Notes under the pieces: model-generated
The model's input: the letters and a program-made list of their open reading frames with translations, nothing else
The model's database searches: none
What the model was told of the DNA's origin: nothing
Virus record (IMG/VR): IMGVR_UViG_3300031555_001469
Strand: one strand, 5' to 3'
DNA from: a virus
Taxonomy: Duplodnaviria; Caudoviricetes
DNA length: 64,000 nt
Shown here: one piece after another, positions 29,544 to 38,524 of the stretch
Position numbering within the stretch: the first letter of the stretch is position 1
Layout: the number at the start of each line of letters is the position of its first letter
Made by a program: the position numbers and the translations under genes

Positions 29544-30107
29544 CTATTCATTTAAAATTTGAATTGCCTGTTTGACATGTGCATTAGCTAAACCACTCCA
29601 CTTCATCTTAGAACAACAGATATAACCTTCATATCCCTTGTGTGAAGTTTTAACAAAATGATTATCTACAGGCATTTCTAATTCTTCATCATCTAAAATT
29701 ACATAATTCTCAATATCATATCCATGTTCTGATAACCATGCCATTATCTCATCTTCTCTTTTACCAGAGTCTTGAAGTTTTGGTGTTTTACCAATTACTT
29801 CAATATGATATTTATCCATTAAGTCCCAGAATAATTTATTTCTGTCTAGATCATAATGTCTTTTCCCAGTGTGATGAAGTAAACCGTTTCTCCAAGAAGA
29901 TGATAGAACTACTTTCGCTCCAGTCTCCTTGCAAATTATACCTAATCGTCTCACACGTTTCTTATCCACTTCTGCGTAATGAGATTTACTTCTAATAAAG
30001 TTTTTTATCTTCTTAGAAGGAATGATGCTCCATATATTATATCTCACATATTCTGAAAAGTCCCATCCGTTTAAGACTCCATCAATATCCAAAAATATAA
30101 TTTTCAT
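29544..30107 (-). CDS. HAD-superfamily phosphatase (RNA-repair-associated type)
   Basis: FLDIDGVLN, VVLSSSWR, YVILDD. Confidence 0.8.
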   Translation of the reverse strand: MKIIFLDIDGVLNGWDFSEYVRYNIWSIIPSKKIKNFIRSKSHYAEVDKKRVRRLGIICKETGAKVVLSSSWRNGLLHHTGKRHYDLDRNKLFWDLMDKYHIEVIGKTPKLQDSGKREDEIMAWLSEHGYDIENYVILDDEELEMPVDNHFVKTSHKGYEGYICCSKMKWSGLANAHVKQAIQILNE

Positions 30108-30134
30108 TTTTACCTCCAAAATCAAATATTAGTT

Positions 30135-30626
30135 TTACTCATCTCTTTTTCTGTATTCAAGATTAGTCTTGATCTGAGCTATAATCTTACTTAACTCATA
30201 ATTCATTCCACCAATCTCATATCTGATAAAACCATACTTGACAGCTCTATCAAAATCAGAAAGGTCTTCGATATTCTGACTGTACATTTCTTTAGCATTC
30301 TGCCAAGCCTTAAAATCTTTTACCAGCTCAGTATTCTCATATCTTGTTTTAAGCTTTTCGATCCACTGATATTTAAGAGTAAGAGACGGATAGATAATAA
30401 CTACATCTTCCTTAGATTTCTCTAACTCTTTTCTCACTACTTCGTGAGAAGATACGAATACAGTATAACCCTGCTCGGATAAATGATTAGCAATCTGACA
30501 ATATGGTTTATACCAATTCTTTTCTCTAAATCCATTTACCCAAAAGTTTCCACTTTCTAAGTCAATGCAATTGTCCTTTCCGGCAAGTGTGCTCTTTCCA
30601 ATTCCCTGATATCCTACTACTATCAT
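30135..30626 (-). CDS. P-loop NTPase/kinase-like protein
   Basis: GYQGIGKS at N-terminus. Confidence 0.65.
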   Translation of the reverse strand: MIVVGYQGIGKSTLAGKDNCIDLESGNFWVNGFREKNWYKPYCQIANHLSEQGYTVFVSSHEVVRKELEKSKEDVVIIYPSLTLKYQWIEKLKTRYENTELVKDFKAWQNAKEMYSQNIEDLSDFDRAVKYGFIRYEIGGMNYELSKIIAQIKTNLEYRKRDE

Positions 30627-30629
30627 AAT

Positions 30630-30944
30630 TTAATCCTCCTTATTAATAAATGACCATCCACCTCTACCATTAAGGTTACGACATCCACCTTTAGGTATAT
30701 TTATAGGTGTCTTAGTTATAAATGTACCTGCATAATCTACAAAGACAAGATCTTCCAAAGTACAAAATCCACCATCACTACCATGCCTAATATCATATGC
30801 ATAATATCCCTCAGGTAAAGTATTTCTATCTACCCTAAGAATTGTAAAGAACCCTTTTATCTCAGTTTTACAACCAGGAGATAAAGCAAAGTTTTCCTGA
30901 TTATTACAATCCTTCATAACTTCTTCGAATGTAATCATAGCCAT
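30630..30944 (-). CDS. LPD28-like domain protein
   Basis: DRNTLPEGYYAYDIRH...TLE..V.V.YAGTFIT..PI pattern. Confidence 0.55.
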   Translation of the reverse strand: MAMITFEEVMKDCNNQENFALSPGCKTEIKGFFTILRVDRNTLPEGYYAYDIRHGSDGGFCTLEDLVFVDYAGTFITKTPINIPKGGCRNLNGRGGWSFINKED

Positions 30945-31006
30945 ATTAGCCCTCCTTAAAATAATTTATGTAAAGGGTGGATGATTTCTCATCCACCCTC
31001 CTATTC

Positions 31007-33136
31007 TTAGTCCCCTAAATCATCTGGCTTTTCTTCCGAGATGACAATAGGACACACAATATTGTTTTCCTTCTTCTCTTCTTCGCCTTCTACAATAGTA
31101 TCCGAGCTTAAATAAATCTGAGGCTGCTTCATGAAGAATAAGTCCATGAAAGATGGCTTGTTCTTTCTGAAAGTCAACGGATTATATAAAGCTCTAGATA
31201 ACTTCTGATACATCAAGCTGATAGAAACAGAAGGGTTATCAGTTAAAGCCTGATTAAGAGTAAGAATCTGATATGGTTCATCTGTATTAGACCAATCAGG
31301 AAGATCTAAGATATCTTCATCAGATCTAATCTGATTAGCTAAGATTGTTTCCAGATGAATAGAATCAGTATCTAATCCACCTTCAATAACTGCATCTAAG
31401 AATGCCTGTAATAATTCATGTCTATCCATAGACTTAGTTACAGAATTCTTATTAATGATATCCATGATTCTTTCCATTGTCTTAGATAATTCATTATTCT
31501 GAAGAATTACAAAGAAAAGGAAAGTATCAACAAGATTATCAAACTTAACTACCACTTTACCATTAACTGGTTCACCAGATTTTCTAATGGCATCATTAAG
31601 CTCCTCGGAGATATAGAGTCTATCATTCTCTGCAGTATGAATAGGAATCTCTTCTCCAGTTGGAGTAATGATATTAAACTCAGTGATATACTCATTATAA
31701 GCCTGAGTTAATCCAGATGGCTGATCTTCGTCATCGTAAGAAGAACCATCATCATTAACAAGCATAATCTCTTCTGGATCAATAGAGATTGCGAATCCCT
31801 TAGTGACTGTAAGAGTAGAAGATAACTTAATTGCATTACCTTCGATTTCTAAATAGTCATTAAAGTATTCCGGCCAAACTAACTTAATTACTTTTGTTTC
31901 CAACAAGTGCTTAGCAGACAACAGAGTCTGAGTAAGTACGGATGATAATGCTTCTGCAGCATACTTACCAATTACAATATCTGCATTGGTATATGCAAGC
32001 TTACCATAACATCTGTAACATACGCCCTGTCCTCTTGAAAAAGAAGCACATGTCATTGGAGATCTTAACCATATTTTCTTTCCGATTAAGAACTCATCAG
32101 ACTCATGGATAATCTTCTCTACTCCAATAGGAGATAAACGATAATATCTATCCTTGAGTTTGATTAAAGCGTTCTTATCTTTAATGGTAATAATCTGGAA
32201 GTTCTTAGAATCGCATACATAATTAGGATCAGGATTAATGATCGTGTCTGTAGAATTAAGACCAAGTAATCTGGCAAAGTGACCAGAATCACCTACGTTA
32301 TTCTTAGACATAATCTGCGCTAATCTACCTGTATAAGATTCGATAAATAAAGACATTGGATCTTTTACACCACCAGTTAAGAAGGAACGGTTAATAATCT
32401 CAGACCATACACCACCTTCATTATTTGGTTTAGATCCGATGTTATGTGAGAATTCTTTGTATTGCCTGTCATTGATAGCTTCTCTAGCTCTCCATGAATC
32501 TGCAAGACAATGGTCATATCCTAAGATATGCTTAGCGTTCTTCATAATTTCAATTGCTCTAGCTGTACCCTTCATACCTTCGTTCTTTACGTCTTCAATA
32601 GGTACTCCAGATAAATCCATATGCATAAGCTGATAGAATTCTGGGTCAGCTCTCATAAGTTTGATAGAGTCTTCTAAGTTAATAGTATCAGCAAGATAGA
32701 AACTAAATCTATCTACTAATCTAAATAAACCGATAGCGTCGTCTATCATATTATTCATCAAGTAGTTCTCGATCTTATCTTTATACGGTTCAATAAAGAA
32801 TCTATCGATATAAATCTTGATTGTCTTTCTGGTGATATTTTCATCCCAGAAAATGTGTTTCGGTTGAATCTTTTCCCCAGTGGATATAATTAATTTCCAC
32901 ATAATAAGATTAAACCAGTAGTCGATCAAAGTAAGTTCAACACTCTTACCGTTATCAAATACCACGGTAATAAAAGTATTCTGAACTACCTCAGTTTCAA
33001 TTGCATCTAATAACACATTGAATACACTCATAAAATGATCATTATGTGTTTCTGCATTAATGTCACTAGTCTTAACAGTGACTGGGACATTGTCGAATAT
33101 ACCTGCGTATACTCCATAGTTTTCAATGTACAACAT
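31007..33136 (-). CDS. Multisubunit RNA polymerase beta' subunit, C-terminal part (probably non-virion RNAP)
   Basis: LRSPMTC...VCYRCYG zinc site; G..AAEALSSVLTQTLLSAKH trigger-loop region; no NADFDGD, so beta' is split; TATATTAT upstream at 33169-33176. Confidence 0.85.
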   Translation of the reverse strand: MLYIENYGVYAGIFDNVPVTVKTSDINAETHNDHFMSVFNVLLDAIETEVVQNTFITVVFDNGKSVELTLIDYWFNLIMWKLIISTGEKIQPKHIFWDENITRKTIKIYIDRFFIEPYKDKIENYLMNNMIDDAIGLFRLVDRFSFYLADTINLEDSIKLMRADPEFYQLMHMDLSGVPIEDVKNEGMKGTARAIEIMKNAKHILGYDHCLADSWRAREAINDRQYKEFSHNIGSKPNNEGGVWSEIINRSFLTGGVKDPMSLFIESYTGRLAQIMSKNNVGDSGHFARLLGLNSTDTIINPDPNYVCDSKNFQIITIKDKNALIKLKDRYYRLSPIGVEKIIHESDEFLIGKKIWLRSPMTCASFSRGQGVCYRCYGKLAYTNADIVIGKYAAEALSSVLTQTLLSAKHLLETKVIKLVWPEYFNDYLEIEGNAIKLSSTLTVTKGFAISIDPEEIMLVNDDGSSYDDEDQPSGLTQAYNEYITEFNIITPTGEEIPIHTAENDRLYISEELNDAIRKSGEPVNGKVVVKFDNLVDTFLFFVILQNNELSKTMERIMDIINKNSVTKSMDRHELLQAFLDAVIEGGLDTDSIHLETILANQIRSDEDILDLPDWSNTDEPYQILTLNQALTDNPSVSISLMYQKLSRALYNPLTFRKNKPSFMDLFFMKQPQIYLSSDTIVEGEEEKKENNIVCPIVISEEKPDDLGD

Positions 33137-33245
33137 AGTTGTTTGCCTCCTTCTATTTATTCATAATTATAATATATAATCATGATAAAAAATAAACTTG
33201 GGATAAGACAAGGAGAGTAGTTGGTATACTCTCCTTGTCTATGTA

Positions 33246-33926
33246 TTACATGTATAAAACTTCCTGAGCTTTCTCCCAGATCATATCGGCGATTTCTTCT
33301 TTACTTTTAATACCATCTTCAGAGTTACAATCAATCAGATTGAAACGGCGTCCGAAAATAGCACTACAAATTCCATCACCTTCAATATACTTTTCAATAG
33401 GTTTAGCTGACTGCTTTAAGAACTCAATATTCTCATGGATATCAGCCTTTTTCATATCGCCTTCATATCTACCCTCAATAAGCTTCATAGATGTTTCAGG
33501 CTTAAGATATAAATAAAATTCCATAACCGGCGTTGGGATGCCGTATCTCATATACTCTAAATTATCACACCATGTACCAAAACTAAACCATTTATATTCT
33601 GGCAACTTAGACATCTGGTGAATAATATTAGACAACACATATCTGTTACAAATCAGAATAGAATCCTCAGGAAACTTATTCTGTTTAAAAAACATATATC
33701 TATCAATAGCATAGAATGTAGATGATACATATGCATTTACATTATTAGGATCTTTATCAAAATCTCCATGTAAATACTTCTCTACCATAACACATCCATC
33801 CGAACCATAATTCGGAAAGGAGACAAGAAATACATTATCGCATTTCTCTTTAAGTTTGTTAAGCAGAATTTCTGCTTGTGTTGATTTACCGGAACCATCG
33901 ATTCCATCAATGACAATTAATTTCAT
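33246..33926 (-). CDS. tmk: Thymidylate (dNMP) kinase
   Basis: IDGIDGSGKSTQ, SFPNY, CNRY..SN. Confidence 0.85.
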   Translation of the reverse strand: MKLIVIDGIDGSGKSTQAEILLNKLKEKCDNVFLVSFPNYGSDGCVMVEKYLHGDFDKDPNNVNAYVSSTFYAIDRYMFFKQNKFPEDSILICNRYVLSNIIHQMSKLPEYKWFSFGTWCDNLEYMRYGIPTPVMEFYLYLKPETSMKLIEGRYEGDMKKADIHENIEFLKQSAKPIEKYIEGDGICSAIFGRRFNLIDCNSEDGIKSKEEIADMIWEKAQEVLYM

Positions 33927-33981
33927 AAGTAAATCTCCTTTACTTTCTTTATTACTATTAAGTTTCCTAGATAGTAATTTC

Positions 33982-34488
33982 CTATTCTTCATCTTTATAA
34001 ATATCAGTACAATATACCTTTACAGATAATATCTTTTTATGATCTCTAGAACGCATTGGAACTACTGTAAATCTAATAGATTCACAATGTATTGTAACTG
34101 GATGTAATGCCCCTTCAGCTGGAGATATGTTACCAGAAGCTTTAACATCTCCTTCTCTAAGAATCACATATTTAATTTTAAGATGAGGGTCTAAACCTCT
34201 ACTTGCACGGAATGAAATAGTATAAGTATCGCCCTTTACTTCATAAGTAAGAATATAATCCTTACTTAAACACAATGCGTAAACATTATTAGTTAAATCA
34301 TACTTATCGATACAGCTATCAATTTCTTCTAAACGTTCTTCTGTACCTGCATACCAATATTCATCACAGATCGGATGTACTTCTGTAACAAACTTATTTT
34401 TAGGAATGCATCTTCCTAACCACTCGTAGCCACATAAAAGACAATTGTGACCACATTTCTTTTCAATAGCTTTTGTTTCTTCACTCAT
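33982..34488 (-). CDS. Hypothetical protein with N-terminal Cys cluster
   Basis: SD fits ATG 34488; CGHNCLLC...C...C. Confidence 0.6.
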   Translation of the reverse strand: MSEETKAIEKKCGHNCLLCGYEWLGRCIPKNKFVTEVHPICDEYWYAGTEERLEEIDSCIDKYDLTNNVYALCLSKDYILTYEVKGDTYTISFRASRGLDPHLKIKYVILREGDVKASGNISPAEGALHPVTIHCESIRFTVVPMRSRDHKKILSVKVYCTDIYKDEE

Positions 34489-34604
34489 AATTTTAATCTC
34501 CTTTATTAAATATTGTATAAGATTATATCTTATCATATTTATATTATATAATTAATAAACAAATTTAACAGCGTAGAACCATTACGATTCTACGCTGCAT
34601 TATT

Positions 34605-35081
34605 TTACTTACCTGGAGTATATGGCTTTGTACCGTCTCCAGTATCTCTTTCAGGACGAAGTGCAACAGAAGGTAACTTACCAGAAAGATAATCTCTCTG
34701 ACCTACCTTAGCTGCTCTCTGAGCCTTGCTACCATACTTCTTAGTAATCTGGTTAATAAGCTGACGCTCCTTAACACGTAACTTAACCAGCTTATCCCAC
34801 AGAGGATCATTCTTTTCCTTTGCTACCTGGAAAGCTGCCATCTTAGTACGACGAGTTAAATCATCGTTCTTAGATAATCTAATAAGTGTATTTCTGCCAA
34901 CCAATCTCTTTTCAAGCATTGCCTGACACTCTTCACTCTCAGTGAAAGCCTTAAACTGCTCTGGAGTTAAGTGTGCTAACTCATATGCAATAAAAGCTTC
35001 TAAGAGTTCATCTACATTTTCAACTTCCTGAGCTGCTTCCGTCATCGGATCAAGAACAGGCTTGTTTCCGTAAAGTCCCAT
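34605..35081 (-). CDS. Putative virion/head protein (acidic N-terminus, basic C-terminus)
   Basis: 158 aa; AAGGAGG SD; late-type promoter upstream. Confidence 0.45.
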   Translation of the reverse strand: MGLYGNKPVLDPMTEAAQEVENVDELLEAFIAYELAHLTPEQFKAFTESEECQAMLEKRLVGRNTLIRLSKNDDLTRRTKMAAFQVAKEKNDPLWDKLVKLRVKERQLINQITKKYGSKAQRAAKVGQRDYLSGKLPSVALRPERDTGDGTKPYTPGK

Positions 35082-35161
35082 ATTGTGGTACCTCCTTATT
35101 TTTTATTATTTAGATGTTTTAAGGTGTAAAAACACCTATTTACATAGATGTTAGACATATA

Positions 35162-35626
35162 TTACCAATCTAAAAGATTAGCAAATTCATTTATATATTT
35201 CTCTATCCAATCAAAATCCCAATCATATAATTCAGCTTTATTATTACCATATTTATACTCAAAAGATTTATCAGTGGCATTCTTTACATGTATCATTCCA
35301 ATACATTTCATTTTAACAGGTTTTAATACCCAAACCTCACCTGTTATCTTACAATCTGGTACTTCTTTAATAGTTGGTATATGAATATCTTTCTGTGTCA
35401 ATTCTGTATCGACTACATGTATAAATATATCTTTATCTTTTAAATTCATGCTCATAGCTCTAAGACATTTACCTACAGATGTAGATACACATACTCTTTT
35501 AGTCTCATTATCCTCGTATCCATATTTAGTTAAAAAATTATCTGGTACTCTAGGTGAAAGAGTTTTACCGTCCATATTATTCATAGATATAAAATAATAT
35601 ACTTTATTTTTACTATATATACCCAT
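35162..35626 (-). CDS. Hypothetical protein, possible ADP-ribosyltransferase-like fold
   Basis: YFIS...PRVP...RVCVS...VPD...TGEVW pattern. Confidence 0.35.
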   Translation of the reverse strand: MGIYSKNKVYYFISMNNMDGKTLSPRVPDNFLTKYGYEDNETKRVCVSTSVGKCLRAMSMNLKDKDIFIHVVDTELTQKDIHIPTIKEVPDCKITGEVWVLKPVKMKCIGMIHVKNATDKSFEYKYGNNKAELYDWDFDWIEKYINEFANLLDW

Positions 35627-35700
35627 TATTTCACCCCTATCTATTTAGTATTATTAATATGTATATAAACTTACTATCCCCCAAACATTTTGATAATATG

Positions 35701-35719
35701 TAATTAGCCCTATTTAGGG
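35701..35719 (+). promoter_or_regulatory. Candidate translational operator hairpin upstream of DNA polymerase part 1
   Basis: TAATT-AGC-CCTATTTAGGG between promoter motif (35684) and SD; same element precedes part 2. Confidence 0.55.
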
Positions 35720-35735
35720 ACGTATAGAAAGGAGA

Positions 35736-37853
35736 ATGATTATGCAACCATTATCAGAAATGCAAATTATTCAAAGATATAAAGAAGTAGCATTAAGAAT
35801 GCTTAGATTTAACTTCCCTACCCTTAGTATGGTAGAGTTAAATGATGCGGTAGATTATTCTATTATTAAGAGAATGAAGAATGGTCCAGCAGTAATTGAA
35901 AACAATTATAAGAAAAAGAAAGAAAATGCAACTGTATTAGAAGTAGCAGAATTTATTATTAGCTGCGAACCAATCATTACATCTAGAGGAGTTATGTTTG
36001 CTAAACATGCAGATACAGAAAATCCTCTTTATAATATGATTGAAAACTTCATACAGGCTCGTGTAAAATATAAAAAAGAAATGTTTAAGTATCCTAAGGG
36101 ATCTGAAAACTTCCAAAAATATAACATGCTTCAGTTATTAGCTAAGCTCGATGCGAACGCTATCTATGGTGCACTTGGCCAGTATGCATCGTTATATTAT
36201 AATCTTTATGTAGCAGAAAGTATTACAACTCAAGGTAGATCATGTATCGGTGCAGCGATTTTATTGTTTGAGATGTTTCTCTCAAACAATGTTAAATTCT
36301 GTAGTTTGAATGATTGTATTACTTTCATCGATAATGTACTTAGTGAAAGACCAGAAAGAAAGTATAATGATAAGGTTGTATTAGATAGAGATATTACCTT
36401 AGCAGAAGCTTATTATAAAGTAATGACAACCTCTGGTTTTGAATGGGTTCCTACGGAAAAGGAAATGATTATTGTATGGGAAATCATGAGTAAGTTAGAC
36501 CAGCAGGATTTAAATAGATTATATTATAAGAATAATTTATATTCATTTATGGATAATAAGGTTATGACAAATGCTCTTGTATATATGCTTAAAGCTCTTG
36601 AGAAACCTTACATGGATCCTAATGGAGTTCCAGAAGAGATTAAACCAGAGATGGAAGAGTTTGTAAGTTTATTAGAAGAGTACGTATATTATCATTATCA
36701 GGTTATTGATAGATTAGACAGAATCGAAATGATGCCAAGAAATATTGCTATTATTAGCGATACTGACTCTAGTATTATTACATTAGATGCTTGGTATAGA
36801 TACTGTCTTGAAAAGGTATATGATATTGATATGACAATTAAGAGACAGATTGTACAACCAATTTATAAGAATGGCGAAGATGAGTTCGGAGATAGAGATC
36901 CTATTAAAGTAATTAAGGTTGTAGAACCGAGATTAGATTACGATTTCTATAGAGACGAAATCATCGAAAAAGAAAGAACTATCAATCCAATTCAAATTGG
37001 TACTCAGGAAGGATTAAGATATTCTATTATTAATATCATGGCTCATGTAGTCGGAATCTTTGTAGTAGACTATATGAAGAGATATACAATGAATTCTAAT
37101 TCCTATGATCCTGAGACTCATAACTGTAAATTAGTAATGAAAAATGAGTTCTTATTCAAGAGAGTTTTAAATACTGAAGGTAGAAAGAACTATGCTGATA
37201 TTCAGGAGATTCAGGAAGGTAATGTAATCCCTAAGAATAAACAGCTTACTATCATGGGTATGCCTCTTGATAAAGTAGGAATTCCGAAATCTTCTAGAGA
37301 TAAACTTCAGAAGATTTTATATGAAGATATTTTAAATTGTAAAGAGGTTGATCAGATTACTGTAATTAAGAAGTTGGCAATCTTCGAAAAGCAGTTATAT
37401 AAATCTCTTATGGCTGGTTCTAAGGATTATTATAAACCAGTAACAATTAAATCTTTAGCGTCTTATGAAAACCCTATGAGAATTCAGGGTATTAAGGCTG
37501 CTATCGTTTATAACTATATTAAAGACCCTACAGCAGATACAATTGACTTGGAGGCAAGAAATGCGGTTCATATTGTTAAAGTTGATATAAATAGTAAGAA
37601 TGTAGAAAATATTAGAGATTCGTATCCTCATCAATATATGAAGATACATGAGTTATTAAGAAATAAGGATTTTGAAGGTGGTATTTCTTCTATAGCATTA
37701 CCGATGGATATTCAAGTACCGGGATGGCTTTTAGAATTCATTGACTTCGCATCGATTATCAATGATAATATAAGAGCATTCCCATTACAGTCTATTGGTA
37801 TTCATACATTAGACAATCCTAATATTAATTATTCTAATATCTTATCACTATAA
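35736..37853 (+). CDS. Family B DNA polymerase, C-terminal catalytic part (split enzyme)
   Basis: Motif [16 protein letters not shown], motif C ISDTDS, RKNY; lacks exonuclease and motif A. Confidence 0.85.
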   Translation: MIMQPLSEMQIIQRYKEVALRMLRFNFPTLSMVELNDAVDYSIIKRMKNGPAVIENNYKKKKENATVLEVAEFIISCEPIITSRGVMFAKHADTENPLYNMIENFIQARVKYKKEMFKYPKGSENFQKYNMLQLLAKLDANAIYGALGQYASLYYNLYVAESITTQGRSCIGAAILLFEMFLSNNVKFCSLNDCITFIDNVLSERPERKYNDKVVLDRDITLAEAYYKVMTTSGFEWVPTEKEMIIVWEIMSKLDQQDLNRLYYKNNLYSFMDNKVMTNALVYMLKALEKPYMDPNGVPEEIKPEMEEFVSLLEEYVYYHYQVIDRLDRIEMMPRNIAIISDTDSSIITLDAWYRYCLEKVYDIDMTIKRQIVQPIYKNGEDEFGDRDPIKVIKVVEPRLDYDFYRDEIIEKERTINPIQIGTQEGLRYSIINIMAHVVGIFVVDYMKRYTMNSNSYDPETHNCKLVMKNEFLFKRVLNTEGRKNYADIQEIQEGNVIPKNKQLTIMGMPLDKVGIPKSSRDKLQKILYEDILNCKEVDQITVIKKLAIFEKQLYKSLMAGSKDYYKPVTIKSLASYENPMRIQGIKAAIVYNYIKDPTADTIDLEARNAVHIVKVDINSKNVENIRDSYPHQYMKIHELLRNKDFEGGISSIALPMDIQVPGWLLEFIDFASIINDNIRAFPLQSIGIHTLDNPNINYSNILSL

Positions 37854-38060
37854 CATTATAGTAAGAGAATCCCTGCCAAGGTTTCTCATTTACTCAATGG
37901 ATGCCATGTTGAGTGAATCCTTCTATGTCATAAAGTTGTGTAATAATGTTGGGACACGAGTATACCGTAGAGACTAAAATCTCTACGGTGTATTTCCGGC
38001 AAAAAATAAAAAATAAAGTTTTATTAAAGGGGATGTGGATAATTCCACATCCCCTCTTAA

Positions 38061-38306
38061 CTACTCAGCTACAACCTTATGGATTTCGTAACCAAGTTCA
38101 AGCTCTTCAGCCTGATCATAGTTAAGGAAATCCGTGAGGTCGTAATCCTCATCGGAATCTAACACCCCATGAATTTCAATATCGAAATCCTTGAGATGTA
38201 TACACTGCCCTACTTCCCGTCCAGCTTCCATCATGTAATCGGTTCCTCTGTACTCTTTACCCTCGAACTCAATTACGGTATTAACTCCAACCAATCTCTT
38301 CATCAT
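38061..38306 (-). CDS. Small acidic hypothetical protein behind duplicated promoter cassette
   Basis: 81 aa, AGGAGG SD. Confidence 0.6.
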   Translation of the reverse strand: MMKRLVGVNTVIEFEGKEYRGTDYMMEAGREVGQCIHLKDFDIEIHGVLDSDEDYDLTDFLNYDQAEELELGYEIHKVVAE

Positions 38307-38384
38307 AACAATTGCGCCTCCTCTGCGCTAGTGGCTTCTATAACCCTAAAGAGTATTACGAGTTCCTTGACTCGGATATAGAAG

Positions 38385-38425
38385 GATAAGTAATTATTTC
38401 TTCTTATCACTACTATAATATACAA
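38385..38425 (-). repeat. 41-bp exact repeat, copy 2 (early-promoter cassette)
   Basis: Identical to 29414..29454. Confidence 0.85.
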
Positions 38426-38524
38426 ATAAAATGCTGAAGATTTACATGACAAGTAGAACCTATATTTTTCTTAACTGACATAAATATAATTATCTGAATA
38501 ATCCTGGAAAGGAGGATATAGATT

